Shown here piece by piece: positions 16,866-25,688 of a stretch of 32,000 nucleotides of DNA (positions are counted from its first letter, which is position 1; every line of letters begins with the position of its first letter). A program made the position numbers and the translations under genes. The notes under the pieces were generated by a model that was not told where the DNA came from, searched no databases, and saw only the letters and a program-made list of their open reading frames with translations. The stretch spans positions 960,001 through 992,000 of the forward strand of contig NZ_CP011034.1 in assembly GCF_001465295.1 (NCBI RefSeq). The letters are read 5' to 3'. Origin of the DNA: Pseudoalteromonas translucida KMM 520. GTDB taxonomy: Bacteria > Pseudomonadota > Gammaproteobacteria > Enterobacterales > Alteromonadaceae.

Positions 16866-17734
16866 TGAGTGAAGTTCAAACAATAGATGACGTAGTGTTA
16901 TACGAAGTGCGCGCTCAAGTGGCGGTTATTACCATGGATCGTCCTGAATATAACAACGCGCAAAACTCACAAATGACCTACGCGCTAGATAAGGCTTTTC
17001 AGCTTGCGTGTAACGACGACGAAGTAAAAGTAATTGTACTTGCCGGCAATGGCAAGCACTTTTCTGCCGGCCATGACATTGGCACCCCTGGGCGCGATGT
17101 TGATAAAAGCTTTGATCGTACTAACCTTTTTTACGATCACGCTAATAAGCCCGGCGGTGAGTTTTTATATGCCCGCGAGCACGAAGTGTATTTAGGAATG
17201 TGCCGTCGCTGGCGCGATTTACCTAAGCCAACGATTGCTATGGTACAAGGTGCCTGTGTGGCTGGTGGCTTAATGCTGGCGTGGGTATGTGATTTAATTA
17301 TTGCCGATGACAAAGCATTTTTCTCTGATCCGGTCGTGCGCATGGGTATTCCTGGGGTTGAGTATTTTGCGCATGTGCACGAGCTTAACCCACGTATCGC
17401 CAAAGAGTTTTTATTTACGGGTGATCGTATGTCGGCAGACCGTGCTTATCAAATGGGCATGGTGAATCGCGTAGTGCCAAGGGATAATTTAGAAGAGACG
17501 ACCTTTACTTTAGCTAATCAGATTGCACAAATGCCACGACTGGGTTTGCAATTAACTAAGCAAGTAATTAATAACGCCGAAGATTTAATGGGTAAACGTT
17601 CAACCATGGATATGGCGTTTGGTTTGCATCATTTTGCGCATGCGCATAACGAAACAATATCGGGTGACCGCTTAGGTGGCTTTGACGCGAAAGCGATGGC
17701 TCAAGCCAATAAATCAGCAGCCAAGGAAAAATAA
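16865..17734 (+). CDS. Enoyl-CoA hydratase/crotonase superfamily protein (EchA20/ScdN-like)
   Basis: 289-aa ORF with crotonase motifs VITMDRPEYNNA, GKHFSAGHDIG and VQGACVAGG. It sits directly after the IpdAB-like genes, as in known steroid ring-C/D clusters. Confidence 0.82.
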   Translation: MSEVQTIDDVVLYEVRAQVAVITMDRPEYNNAQNSQMTYALDKAFQLACNDDEVKVIVLAGNGKHFSAGHDIGTPGRDVDKSFDRTNLFYDHANKPGGEFLYAREHEVYLGMCRRWRDLPKPTIAMVQGACVAGGLMLAWVCDLIIADDKAFFSDPVVRMGIPGVEYFAHVHELNPRIAKEFLFTGDRMSADRAYQMGMVNRVVPRDNLEETTFTLANQIAQMPRLGLQLTKQVINNAEDLMGKRSTMDMAFGLHHFAHAHNETISGDRLGGFDAKAMAQANKSAAKEK

Positions 17735-17736
17735 AT

Positions 17737-18852
17737 ATGAGCACAGAGCACAATAATGCCGATGGCCGTTGGAATACGCCGTTAACAGAGGCACTGGGCT
17801 GTCGTTATCCGATTATTCAAACGGCGATGGGCTGGGTCTCTGATGCAAATTTAGTAATAGCAACAACACGTGCGGGCGGTTTTGGTTTTTTAGCTGGCGC
17901 GACGATGAACACTGAAGAAGTAGAAAGTGCCATAAAAAAAGTAATTGCTGCCACTGGGACCAGTAATTTCGGTCTTAATTTTCATATGTTTCAAGAAAAC
18001 GCGCAGCAATGTCTTGATTTAGCCATTAGCTACAAACTCCGTGCGGTGAGTTACGGGCGTGGCCCAGATAAAGCCACTATTGAGCGACTCAAAGCGGCAG
18101 GTGTGCTGTGCATTCCCACCGTAGGCGCAGTAAAGCACGCCGTAAAAGCGGTTGCTATGGGCGCCGATATGATCACTATTCAAGGTAGTGAAGGGGGCGG
18201 CCATACTGGTAGCGTACCGAGCACTATTTTGTTACCGCAAGTGTTAAATGCGGTGTCGGTGCCAGTAATTGCGGCTGGGGGCTTTTCGTGCGGACGCGGT
18301 TTGGCCTCAGTATTAGGTGCAGGCGCTGCAGGTATGGCAATGGGCACGCGCTTTTTGCTGACCTGCGATGCACCCACACCAAAAGTTACCCAGCAGCGTT
18401 ATCTTGATACCCAAGACAGTGCCGATATTCGTATTTCTACCGCGGTAGATGGCCTGCGTCATCGGATGATCAACACGCCATTTATTGATGACTTAGAGCG
18501 CGCGGGCGGTGTTAAGCGCTTATGGTTGGCACTAAAAAGTGCGCGCCATTGGCAAAAAGAAACCGGCATGACATCGCTGCATATGCTCAAAGTATTTTTT
18601 AATGGTCTGCGTGAAGATCCTAAAGCCGCAGCAACATTGGTAATGTCGGCTAATCAACCAGTGTTAATTCAAAAGTCTATGGTTGAAGGTAAACCCGACG
18701 AAGGTATTTTACCCAGCGGCCAAGTAGCGGCGGTAATAAATAATTTACCTAGCGTTGAGACACTAATAAACGAAATTATCGCCGAGGCAGACACCTGCCT
18801 TGAGCAATTGTTAACCCGCCGGACTAACCGGTCAGTCGAAGAAGAGGCCTAA
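17737..18852 (+). CDS. Nitronate monooxygenase (NMO/2-nitropropane dioxygenase) family flavoprotein, IpdC-like enoyl reductase candidate
   Basis: 371-aa ORF with motifs PIIQTAMGWVS, AGGFGFLAG, QGSEGGGHTG and IAAGG, typical of PF03060-type proteins. Confidence 0.82.
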   Translation: MSTEHNNADGRWNTPLTEALGCRYPIIQTAMGWVSDANLVIATTRAGGFGFLAGATMNTEEVESAIKKVIAATGTSNFGLNFHMFQENAQQCLDLAISYKLRAVSYGRGPDKATIERLKAAGVLCIPTVGAVKHAVKAVAMGADMITIQGSEGGGHTGSVPSTILLPQVLNAVSVPVIAAGGFSCGRGLASVLGAGAAGMAMGTRFLLTCDAPTPKVTQQRYLDTQDSADIRISTAVDGLRHRMINTPFIDDLERAGGVKRLWLALKSARHWQKETGMTSLHMLKVFFNGLREDPKAAATLVMSANQPVLIQKSMVEGKPDEGILPSGQVAAVINNLPSVETLINEIIAEADTCLEQLLTRRTNRSVEEEA

Positions 18853-18855
18853 GCT

Positions 18856-19608
18856 ATGAACCCAGCATTCAAAAGCCATATCGAAAACGGTATCGCCGAA
18901 ATAATTATAAATAAAGCACCGGTAAATGCACTCGACAGTGCTGAATGGCAAGCGCTCGCCGACCTGATCAACAGTATTGGTAAAAATTTGGCAGCACGGG
19001 TATTAATTATTCGCTCAGAAGGGCGTGGTTTTTGTGCCGGTGTTGATATTAAAGAGTTGGACCAATACCCAGAGCGTATTGTTAGCGTTAATGCCGGCAA
19101 TTACGAAACGTTTAAAGCGGTACATTTGTGCCCAATACCTGTAATAGTTGCGCTGCATGGTTATGTGCTGGGTGGCGGTATTGGTATTACTGGTGCGGCC
19201 GATATTGTGGTGGCGTCAGAATGTACCACTTTTGCGCTACCAGAAGTAGATCGTGGCGCTATGGGTGGCGGCGCGCATTTACAGCGCTTATTTCCGGTGC
19301 AAAAAGTACGTTATTTGTTTTTTACTGGCGAAACTATTTCGGTACAAGATGCCGATAAATACGGCTTTATCGAACGCATTGTACCTAAAGAGCAGTTACG
19401 CGACACCGCGCTGGAAATTGCCAGCAAAATTGCAGCAAAAAGCTCCGATATGATCCGCATTGCTAAAGAAAGCCTAAATGGTGTTGAAGACGGTGACCTA
19501 GAAGCTAAATACCGTTGGGAGCAAGGATTTACGCTGCAAGCTTATACCAGCCCAGATTCTGCTGAAACCCGCCGCGCGTTTGTAGACAAACGCGAAGTGA
19601 ATTTTTGA
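18856..19608 (+). CDS. Enoyl-CoA hydratase/isomerase (crotonase superfamily)
   Basis: 250-aa ORF with NKAPVNAL, GRGFCAGVDIKE and LHGYVLGGG motifs. GAAGAGG RBS upstream. Confidence 0.85.
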   Translation: MNPAFKSHIENGIAEIIINKAPVNALDSAEWQALADLINSIGKNLAARVLIIRSEGRGFCAGVDIKELDQYPERIVSVNAGNYETFKAVHLCPIPVIVALHGYVLGGGIGITGAADIVVASECTTFALPEVDRGAMGGGAHLQRLFPVQKVRYLFFTGETISVQDADKYGFIERIVPKEQLRDTALEIASKIAAKSSDMIRIAKESLNGVEDGDLEAKYRWEQGFTLQAYTSPDSAETRRAFVDKREVNF

Positions 19609-19616
19609 GGCCGACT

Positions 19617-20780
19617 ATGAAACTAACTTATACAACAGAGCAACAAAATTTCCGTATGGAAGTGCGTCAGTGGCTTGCAGAAAATGTACCTGCAGAAAAA
19701 CTGCCCACTTACGACACCAAAGCAGGCTTTGAGCTGCATCGTCAATGGGAGCGCAAGCTACATAAAGCGGGTTTTTCTATGGTTATGTGGCCTAAAGAAT
19801 ATGGCGGCCGCGGGTGTAACTTAATTGACTGGCTTATTTTTGAAGAAGAATATTACGGCGCAGGTGCACCTGGGCGAGTAAATCAAAATGGCCAGCTATT
19901 ACTTGGATCTACTTTACTTGAATTTGGTACGGAGCAGCAAAAATCGCACTTTTTACCGCGTATGGCATCAAGTGAAGACATGTGGGCGCAAGCCTGGTCT
20001 GAACCCAATGCTGGCTCAGATATGGCCAACATTAGCAGTAAAGCAATTCTTAATGGCGACCATTACATTGTGAATGGCCAAAAAACCTGGTCTACCCGTG
20101 CTACTTATGCCGATTGGGCATTTGGCTTGTTTCGCTCAGAAGCAGGTTCGCAGCGCCATCATGGTTTGTCTTTTTTAATGGTACCGCTGGATGCAGAGGG
20201 CGTAACTATTCGCCCAATTAAAGCGTTGGATGGGGAAGATGCCTTTGCAGAAATATTTTTTGATAACGTGAAAGTGCCGGTTGAACACCGTATTGGTGAA
20301 GAAGGCAAAGGCTGGCATGTGGCAATGGCAACGGCAGGTTTTGAGCGTGGTTTGTTGCTGCGCTCACCGGCGCGTTTTCAGCAACCTGTGCGCAAACTAG
20401 TGCAGCTGTACCGCGATAACAAAGCGGCTGCCGATCGCGACCCAGCCATTGGTGCTGCGGTGGCTAAATGTTGGGCTGATGCAGAAGCCTATGCGCTGTC
20501 GGCTTACAACACTGTAGGGCGTATTAGTCATGGCGATAAAATTGGCGCTGAATCGAGCCTAAATAAAGTGTTTTGGTCAGAGCTAGATTTACTTATTCAT
20601 CAAACGGCGATGGATATTTTGGGCACGTGTGGTGAGTTACTCTCATCAGCAGCACTTGGTGAGGAGCATGGTTATTGGTTAAACGGCTTTTTATTCTCTC
20701 AAGCTGGGCCAATTTATGCGGGTGCCAATGAAATTCAAAGAAATATTGTTGCTGAGCGTATGCTTGGCCTACCTAGATAG
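19617..20780 (+). CDS. Acyl-CoA dehydrogenase, alpha-type subunit
   Basis: ATG 19617 has a GAGG RBS 6 nt upstream; the track's TTG at 19605 overlaps the previous stop. Motifs are WPKEYGG, AWSEPNAGSDMANISS and GANEIQRNIVAERMLGLP. Confidence 0.88.
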   Translation: MKLTYTTEQQNFRMEVRQWLAENVPAEKLPTYDTKAGFELHRQWERKLHKAGFSMVMWPKEYGGRGCNLIDWLIFEEEYYGAGAPGRVNQNGQLLLGSTLLEFGTEQQKSHFLPRMASSEDMWAQAWSEPNAGSDMANISSKAILNGDHYIVNGQKTWSTRATYADWAFGLFRSEAGSQRHHGLSFLMVPLDAEGVTIRPIKALDGEDAFAEIFFDNVKVPVEHRIGEEGKGWHVAMATAGFERGLLLRSPARFQQPVRKLVQLYRDNKAAADRDPAIGAAVAKCWADAEAYALSAYNTVGRISHGDKIGAESSLNKVFWSELDLLIHQTAMDILGTCGELLSSAALGEEHGYWLNGFLFSQAGPIYAGANEIQRNIVAERMLGLPR

Positions 20781-20791
20781 CGAGTGAAACT

Positions 20792-21856
20792 ATGGATTTT
20801 ACCTTTACTGAAGACCAATTAATGTTTCGTGAAGCTATCAGCCGTTTTTTAATGACTGAGGCAGCACCAGAAACACTACGCGAAATATGGGAAACCGACG
20901 CGGGTCGCTCTCCCGAATTAAGAAATAAAATGGCAGAGCAAGGGCTTACTGCGCTATCAGTGCCAGAGCAGTTTGGCGGTTTGGGAATGGGCGATATAGC
21001 GTGGTCATTAATGACCCAAGAGCTAGGTTATTACGCTATTCCAGATTCGCTTGCCGATACGGCTTATGTAGGCAGTGGCGTATTTTCAGCCCTTGATGAT
21101 AGCGTAGCCTGTAAAGCTGATTACTTAGCTAAAATTTGCGATGGCGAGCTGCGCTTAGCTATTGGCCATCAATGCAGTGAGCTGGTATCGGATGCACATT
21201 TAGCGCAAGTACTACTTATGCAACATGCAGATGAAGTGCATTTAGTACCGCGTGATCAAGTAAATAACGTCGTTAATTTAAGTATTGATTCGTCGCGCCG
21301 CTTATCGCAAGTGACGTGGCAGCCAACAGCCGAAACCTGTATTGCACAGGGCGAGGCGGGCAAAAAAATATGGAATGACACGCTTAATCGCGGGGCGCTC
21401 TCGGTTGCTGGGCAATTACTCGGTTTAGCGCAGCGCATGCTCGATTTAACCGTTGATTATAGTGTACAGCGTAAACAATTTGGCAAAGCAATTGGTAGCT
21501 TTCAGGCTGTTAAGCATCATTTAGCCGATGTAGCAGGAAAAATTGAAATTGCAAAACCGGTACTGTATCGCGCGGCGTGTTCACTAGAAAATAACCACCC
21601 TTTAACTGACGTGCATGTTTCACAAGCGCGTAATTTTTGCAGCGAAGCAGCAGCACTTGCAGCGCGCCACGGGATTCAAATTCACGGTGCTATGGGGTAT
21701 ACCTGGGAAGTAGACCTGCAAATGTTTATGAAACGCAGTTGGGCATTAAATAACACCTGGGGTGACAGTATTTTTCATCGTGCACGAGTGCAAAATTATG
21801 TGCTTAATTCTGATGTCGATCTGGCACCTTCTAAAACATTTGAGGCGATACTATGA
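20792..21856 (+). CDS. Acyl-CoA dehydrogenase family protein, beta-type (no SEPxAGSD signature)
   Basis: 354-aa ORF with an ACAD C-terminal domain (FGKAIGSFQAVKHHLAD, QIHGAMGYTWE). The signature-1 position reads LAIGHQCSELVSD. An ATGA 4-nt overlap with the thiolase gene is at 21853-21856. Confidence 0.85.
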   Translation: MDFTFTEDQLMFREAISRFLMTEAAPETLREIWETDAGRSPELRNKMAEQGLTALSVPEQFGGLGMGDIAWSLMTQELGYYAIPDSLADTAYVGSGVFSALDDSVACKADYLAKICDGELRLAIGHQCSELVSDAHLAQVLLMQHADEVHLVPRDQVNNVVNLSIDSSRRLSQVTWQPTAETCIAQGEAGKKIWNDTLNRGALSVAGQLLGLAQRMLDLTVDYSVQRKQFGKAIGSFQAVKHHLADVAGKIEIAKPVLYRAACSLENNHPLTDVHVSQARNFCSEAAALAARHGIQIHGAMGYTWEVDLQMFMKRSWALNNTWGDSIFHRARVQNYVLNSDVDLAPSKTFEAIL

Positions 21857-23004
21857 CCCATGCATATATTGTAGATGCACTGCGTACACCTACAGGCAGA
21901 CGCAAAGGCGGCCTTGCCCATGTACATGCCATAGACTTAGGTGCAGCAGTATTAAAACCTTTGGTTGAGCGCAATAACATACCCGCAGAAGATTACGATG
22001 ATGTAATTTTTGGCTGTGTAGACACGATAGGCTCGCAAGCAGGAAACATTGCCCGCACCAGTTGGTTAGCGGCAGGGTTGGCCATGAATGTACCGGGTAC
22101 TACGGTTGATAGACAATGTGGCTCATCGCAACAAGCCGTGCATTTTGCTGCGCAAGCGATTATGAGCGGCACGCAAGATGTGATAGCGGTAGGCGGCGTG
22201 CAAACGATGACGCAAATTCCTATTTCGTCAGCCATGTTAGCCGGGCAACCACTTGGCTTTAGTACGCCGTTTGCAGAGAGTAAATTGTGGGATGCACGCT
22301 TTGGCGATGCGCCGGTAAATCAGTTTTATGCCGCTCAGCGCATTGCCGATCATTGGGGTATAAGCCGCGCCGATATGGAAGTGTTTGCCCTAGAAAGTCA
22401 CCGCCGTGCATTAGCGGCAGCAGCAGAGGGGCGCTTTGATCGAGAAATAGTGGCGATTGAAGGATTAACAGCTGATGAAACACCTAGAGAAAGTAGTTTG
22501 GCTAAAATGGCTGAACTTGAGCCGGTTGACCCTACTTACCCAAGTATTACAGCTGCGGTTTCGAGCTCAGTGTGCGATGCATCAGCAGCAATGCTTATTG
22601 TGTCTGAGCGCGCATTAAAAAAATATAACCTTACCCCAAGAGCGCGTATTCATCATGTTAGCGTACTGGGAGATGACCCTATTTGGCATCTTAGAGCGCC
22701 CATTCCAGCTACTATCGCGGCATTAAAAAAAGCGAATCTTACGCTTGATGATATTGATTTAGTGGAAATTAATGAAGCGTTTGCCTCTGTAGTAATGGCA
22801 TGGTTAAAAGAAACCGGTTACAGCCATGAAAAAACTAATGTTAATGGTGGTGCTATTGCACTTGGCCATCCGCTTGGTGCTACGGGCGTGCGTTTAATGA
22901 CCGGGTTATTACATGAATTAGAGCGTACAGGCGGGCGTTATGGCCTACAAACAATGTGCGAAGGCGGCGGTTTAGCTAATGTCACTATCATTGAACGATT
23001 ATAA
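21853..23004 (+). CDS. Acetyl-CoA C-acyltransferase (true thiolase, FadA6/ScdF-like)
   Basis: 383-aa ORF with the nucleophile motif VDRQCGSSQQA, the histidine motif NGGAIALGHPLGATG and a C-terminal CEGGGLAN. Confidence 0.9.
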   Translation: MTHAYIVDALRTPTGRRKGGLAHVHAIDLGAAVLKPLVERNNIPAEDYDDVIFGCVDTIGSQAGNIARTSWLAAGLAMNVPGTTVDRQCGSSQQAVHFAAQAIMSGTQDVIAVGGVQTMTQIPISSAMLAGQPLGFSTPFAESKLWDARFGDAPVNQFYAAQRIADHWGISRADMEVFALESHRRALAAAAEGRFDREIVAIEGLTADETPRESSLAKMAELEPVDPTYPSITAAVSSSVCDASAAMLIVSERALKKYNLTPRARIHHVSVLGDDPIWHLRAPIPATIAALKKANLTLDDIDLVEINEAFASVVMAWLKETGYSHEKTNVNGGAIALGHPLGATGVRLMTGLLHELERTGGRYGLQTMCEGGGLANVTIIERL

Positions 23005-23018
23005 TTAAGGAGAAAGGT

Positions 23019-23900
23019 ATGGGTATTTGCCAACAGCGTACAGTTATTATTACCGGAAGTGGCGGTGGATTAGGCCGTGCTTATGCACTTGCCTTTGCCG
23101 CAGAAGGCGCCAATGTGGTAGTGAACGACATTCGCCTTGATGCTGCAAAAGCAGTGGTTGATGAAATTATTACTGCCGGCGGTAAAGCGATTGCTAATAG
23201 CAGCGATATTACTACCAAGGCTACGGCGCAACAGATAGTAGATGATGCCATTGCCGCCTTTGGCGAAGTGCATGTGCTAGTTAACAATGCTGGTGTATTG
23301 CGCGATGGTATGTTTGTTAATTCGGATGAAGATGCTTGGGATATGGTAATGCGAGTGCATCTTAAAGGACATTTTTGTTTAGCTAATATTTTAAGCCGTC
23401 GCTGGCGCGATCAGTCAAAAGCGGGTAACCCAGTAGCTGCACGTATTATTAACACCAGCTCTGGCGCGGGCTTACAAGGTTCGGTAGGGCAAGCAAATTA
23501 TTCTGCAGCAAAAGGCGGCGTTGCGACGCTTACTTTAGTACAAGCGTCGGAATTGGCGCGTTACGGTATTACCGCTAATGCATTGGCACCGGCAGCACGC
23601 ACCGCAATGACCGAATCAGCAATGCCTGATCTAGTGAAAAAACCAGAAGATGATAGTTTTGATGCCTGGGCCCCCGAAAATGTAGCGCCGCTGGTTGTTT
23701 GGTTAGGTAGTGAGGCATCGACAGCCGTAACAGGGCAAATATTTGAAACGCAAGGCGGTCGTATCTCATTATGTGATGGCTGGCGTACTGGCCCCACTAT
23801 TGATAAAGGCGCACGCTTAAATGTAAATGAAATTGCCGGCGTGATTGAGCAATTAAATGCCCAAGCTGTGGCACCACAAAAGGTATGGGGTAGTAAATAA
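23019..23900 (+). CDS. Short-chain dehydrogenase/reductase, hydroxyacyl-CoA dehydrogenase-like (MFE-2/Hsd4A N-terminal-domain type)
   Basis: Strong AAGGAG RBS. It has ITGSGGGLGRAYA, NNAG and S...YSAAK motifs. The TAATG overlap with the amidase gene is at 23898-23902. Confidence 0.85.
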   Translation: MGICQQRTVIITGSGGGLGRAYALAFAAEGANVVVNDIRLDAAKAVVDEIITAGGKAIANSSDITTKATAQQIVDDAIAAFGEVHVLVNNAGVLRDGMFVNSDEDAWDMVMRVHLKGHFCLANILSRRWRDQSKAGNPVAARIINTSSGAGLQGSVGQANYSAAKGGVATLTLVQASELARYGITANALAPAARTAMTESAMPDLVKKPEDDSFDAWAPENVAPLVVWLGSEASTAVTGQIFETQGGRISLCDGWRTGPTIDKGARLNVNEIAGVIEQLNAQAVAPQKVWGSK

Positions 23901-25477
23901 TGACTAAGATAGATTTAGATAGACGACGACTTATACAGGCGTGCGGCGCAATTGGTGGTGCGTCTATGCTAGGTTTATCACTTGCAAGTCAAGCATCGGC
24001 GGCTGCAACAGTAAACACCACTAAACAGCCGCTTGGTGACTACGACAGTTGGGACATGTCGACCATGGCGGATTTATTACGCCAAGGCGATATTAGTCCA
24101 TTAGAATTAACCGACAGTGCAATTGCACGGTTTGAAGCAAATGCTGCGCTTAATATGATTGCCGTTAATCATTTTGAGCAAGCGCGCGCGCAAGCACAAA
24201 AGTTAAACCAATTAAGCACTGCACAGCGAACAGCTAAAATGGCCAGCGCACCGCTGTTAGGTGTACCGTTTGCGCTTAAAGATTTAGGCGTAACTATGGC
24301 CGGTACTATTACTACTAATGGTTGTCGTTTTTTTAAAGATAACCGTGTGGCTGAAAATTCAACCTTAGTTAATCGCTATCAAGCCGTGGGACTAAACATT
24401 ATGGCTAAGCTTACCAGCCCTGAGTTTGGTCAAACGCCTACAGGTGAGTCGAGCTTGCATGGCAACACGCTTAACCCGTGGGATACCCGCTATAGTAGTG
24501 GCGGCTCATCGGCAGGCTCTGCGGTGGCGGTTGCAGCGAGAGTTTTACCCGCAGCTCATGGTAGCGATGGTGGCGGCTCTATTCGTATACCTGCATCGCA
24601 TTGTGGGCTATTTGGGCTTAAACCAAGCCGTGGCCGGGTGGCCTCTGGCCCCACTAACCTAGAAAGCTCAATGGGGTTATCGGTTCATCATGCGCTTACC
24701 CGCAGTGTGCGCGACAGTGCATTGCTGCTGCAGCTAACGCAAGGGGCAGAGCCTGGGTCGCGTATTACCCTGCCTAACGATAATATGTTAGCTGCGGTTA
24801 ACGCCAAACCAAAGCGTCTTAAAATAGCATTAATGCAAAGCCATCCATTTGGTTACCCTGTGCATCAAGATTGTACCGATGCCTTAGATAAAACCGTTAA
24901 ATTGCTGACTAGCTTAGGCCACATTGTTGAAGCAGCTCAGCCAACTTTGCCACTTGAGCAGATGTTTAAAGGCATGGGCATAGCCACTTCAAGCGGCATG
25001 CTTAATGCAGTACAAGCTAGAGAATTAAAACTAGGGCGTGCAGCACGTGAAAACGAGTTTGAAGCCATTGTTTGGGGGCACTTGCAGCGGGCTAAAGAAT
25101 TTACAGCTCAGCAAATGTTGGAGGCACGCAGTGCCTTTGATCAGGGCGGACAAGCTTTTGATGTGTTTTTTAACGACTACGACTTTATTTTGACACCAGT
25201 GACCACAGCGCCACCACCAAAAATTGGTGAACTCAGTTTAAATCAACCCTACGATTCATTTGTGCAACAGGTATTAAAAGCATCACCCATTGCAGCGTTA
25301 TTTAATATGACAGGTTTACCAGCAATGTCGGTGCCACTGCATTGGAATAAGAATGGCTTGCCAATTGGTGTGCAATTTGCCGGTGCGTATGGCAGTGAGG
25401 CGCAGTTGCTTACGCTGGCCGCGCAATTAGAGCAAGCCGCACCGTGGGCAGATAAAAGGCCGCCTATATTAAGCTAA
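23900..25477 (+). CDS. Amidase-signature family amidase with a predicted twin-arginine (Tat) signal peptide
   Basis: 525-aa ORF. The N-terminus MTKIDLDRRRLIQACGAIGGASMLGLSLASQASA/AA has an RRR motif, a hydrophobic core and an AxA site. The AS signature is GGSSAGSAVAVAARVLPAAHGSDGGGSIRIPAS, with an upstream PFALKD lysine. Confidence 0.85.
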   Translation: MTKIDLDRRRLIQACGAIGGASMLGLSLASQASAAATVNTTKQPLGDYDSWDMSTMADLLRQGDISPLELTDSAIARFEANAALNMIAVNHFEQARAQAQKLNQLSTAQRTAKMASAPLLGVPFALKDLGVTMAGTITTNGCRFFKDNRVAENSTLVNRYQAVGLNIMAKLTSPEFGQTPTGESSLHGNTLNPWDTRYSSGGSSAGSAVAVAARVLPAAHGSDGGGSIRIPASHCGLFGLKPSRGRVASGPTNLESSMGLSVHHALTRSVRDSALLLQLTQGAEPGSRITLPNDNMLAAVNAKPKRLKIALMQSHPFGYPVHQDCTDALDKTVKLLTSLGHIVEAAQPTLPLEQMFKGMGIATSSGMLNAVQARELKLGRAARENEFEAIVWGHLQRAKEFTAQQMLEARSAFDQGGQAFDVFFNDYDFILTPVTTAPPPKIGELSLNQPYDSFVQQVLKASPIAALFNMTGLPAMSVPLHWNKNGLPIGVQFAGAYGSEAQLLTLAAQLEQAAPWADKRPPILS

Positions 25478-25512
25478 AGCACAAAATATAGAGATGCTAA
25501 GCAGTAAACAAC

Positions 25513-25537
25513 AAAAGAGCCAACTAGGCTCTTTTTT
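25513..25537 (+). terminator. Rho-independent terminator ending the long dioxygenase-to-amidase operon
   Basis: AAAAGAGCC (25513-25521) and GGCTCTTTT (25527-25535) form a stem around an AACTA loop, and the run of six T (25532-25537) serves as the trailing T tract. Confidence 0.8.
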
Positions 25538-25638
25538 AGTTGTAAAAACTAGTGACTATACGGCGGTAATTCAGTCGCAGTTAATTATAATAATGAGTTA
25601 GCGGCAGCTGCAATTAGCTTGGTTGTTAAATATTAGGC

Positions 25639-25664
25639 AAAAAAAAGCCCAGCTAAGCTGGGCT
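25639..25664 (-). terminator. Rho-independent terminator for the small minus-strand membrane-protein gene
   Basis: The stem AGCCCAGC (25646-25653) pairs with GCTGGGCT (25657-25664) around a TAA loop. On the minus strand it is followed by a T8 run (plus-strand A8 at 25639-25646). Confidence 0.7.
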
Positions 25665-25688
25665 ATAAAATATTCTAAGGGGAAGTAC

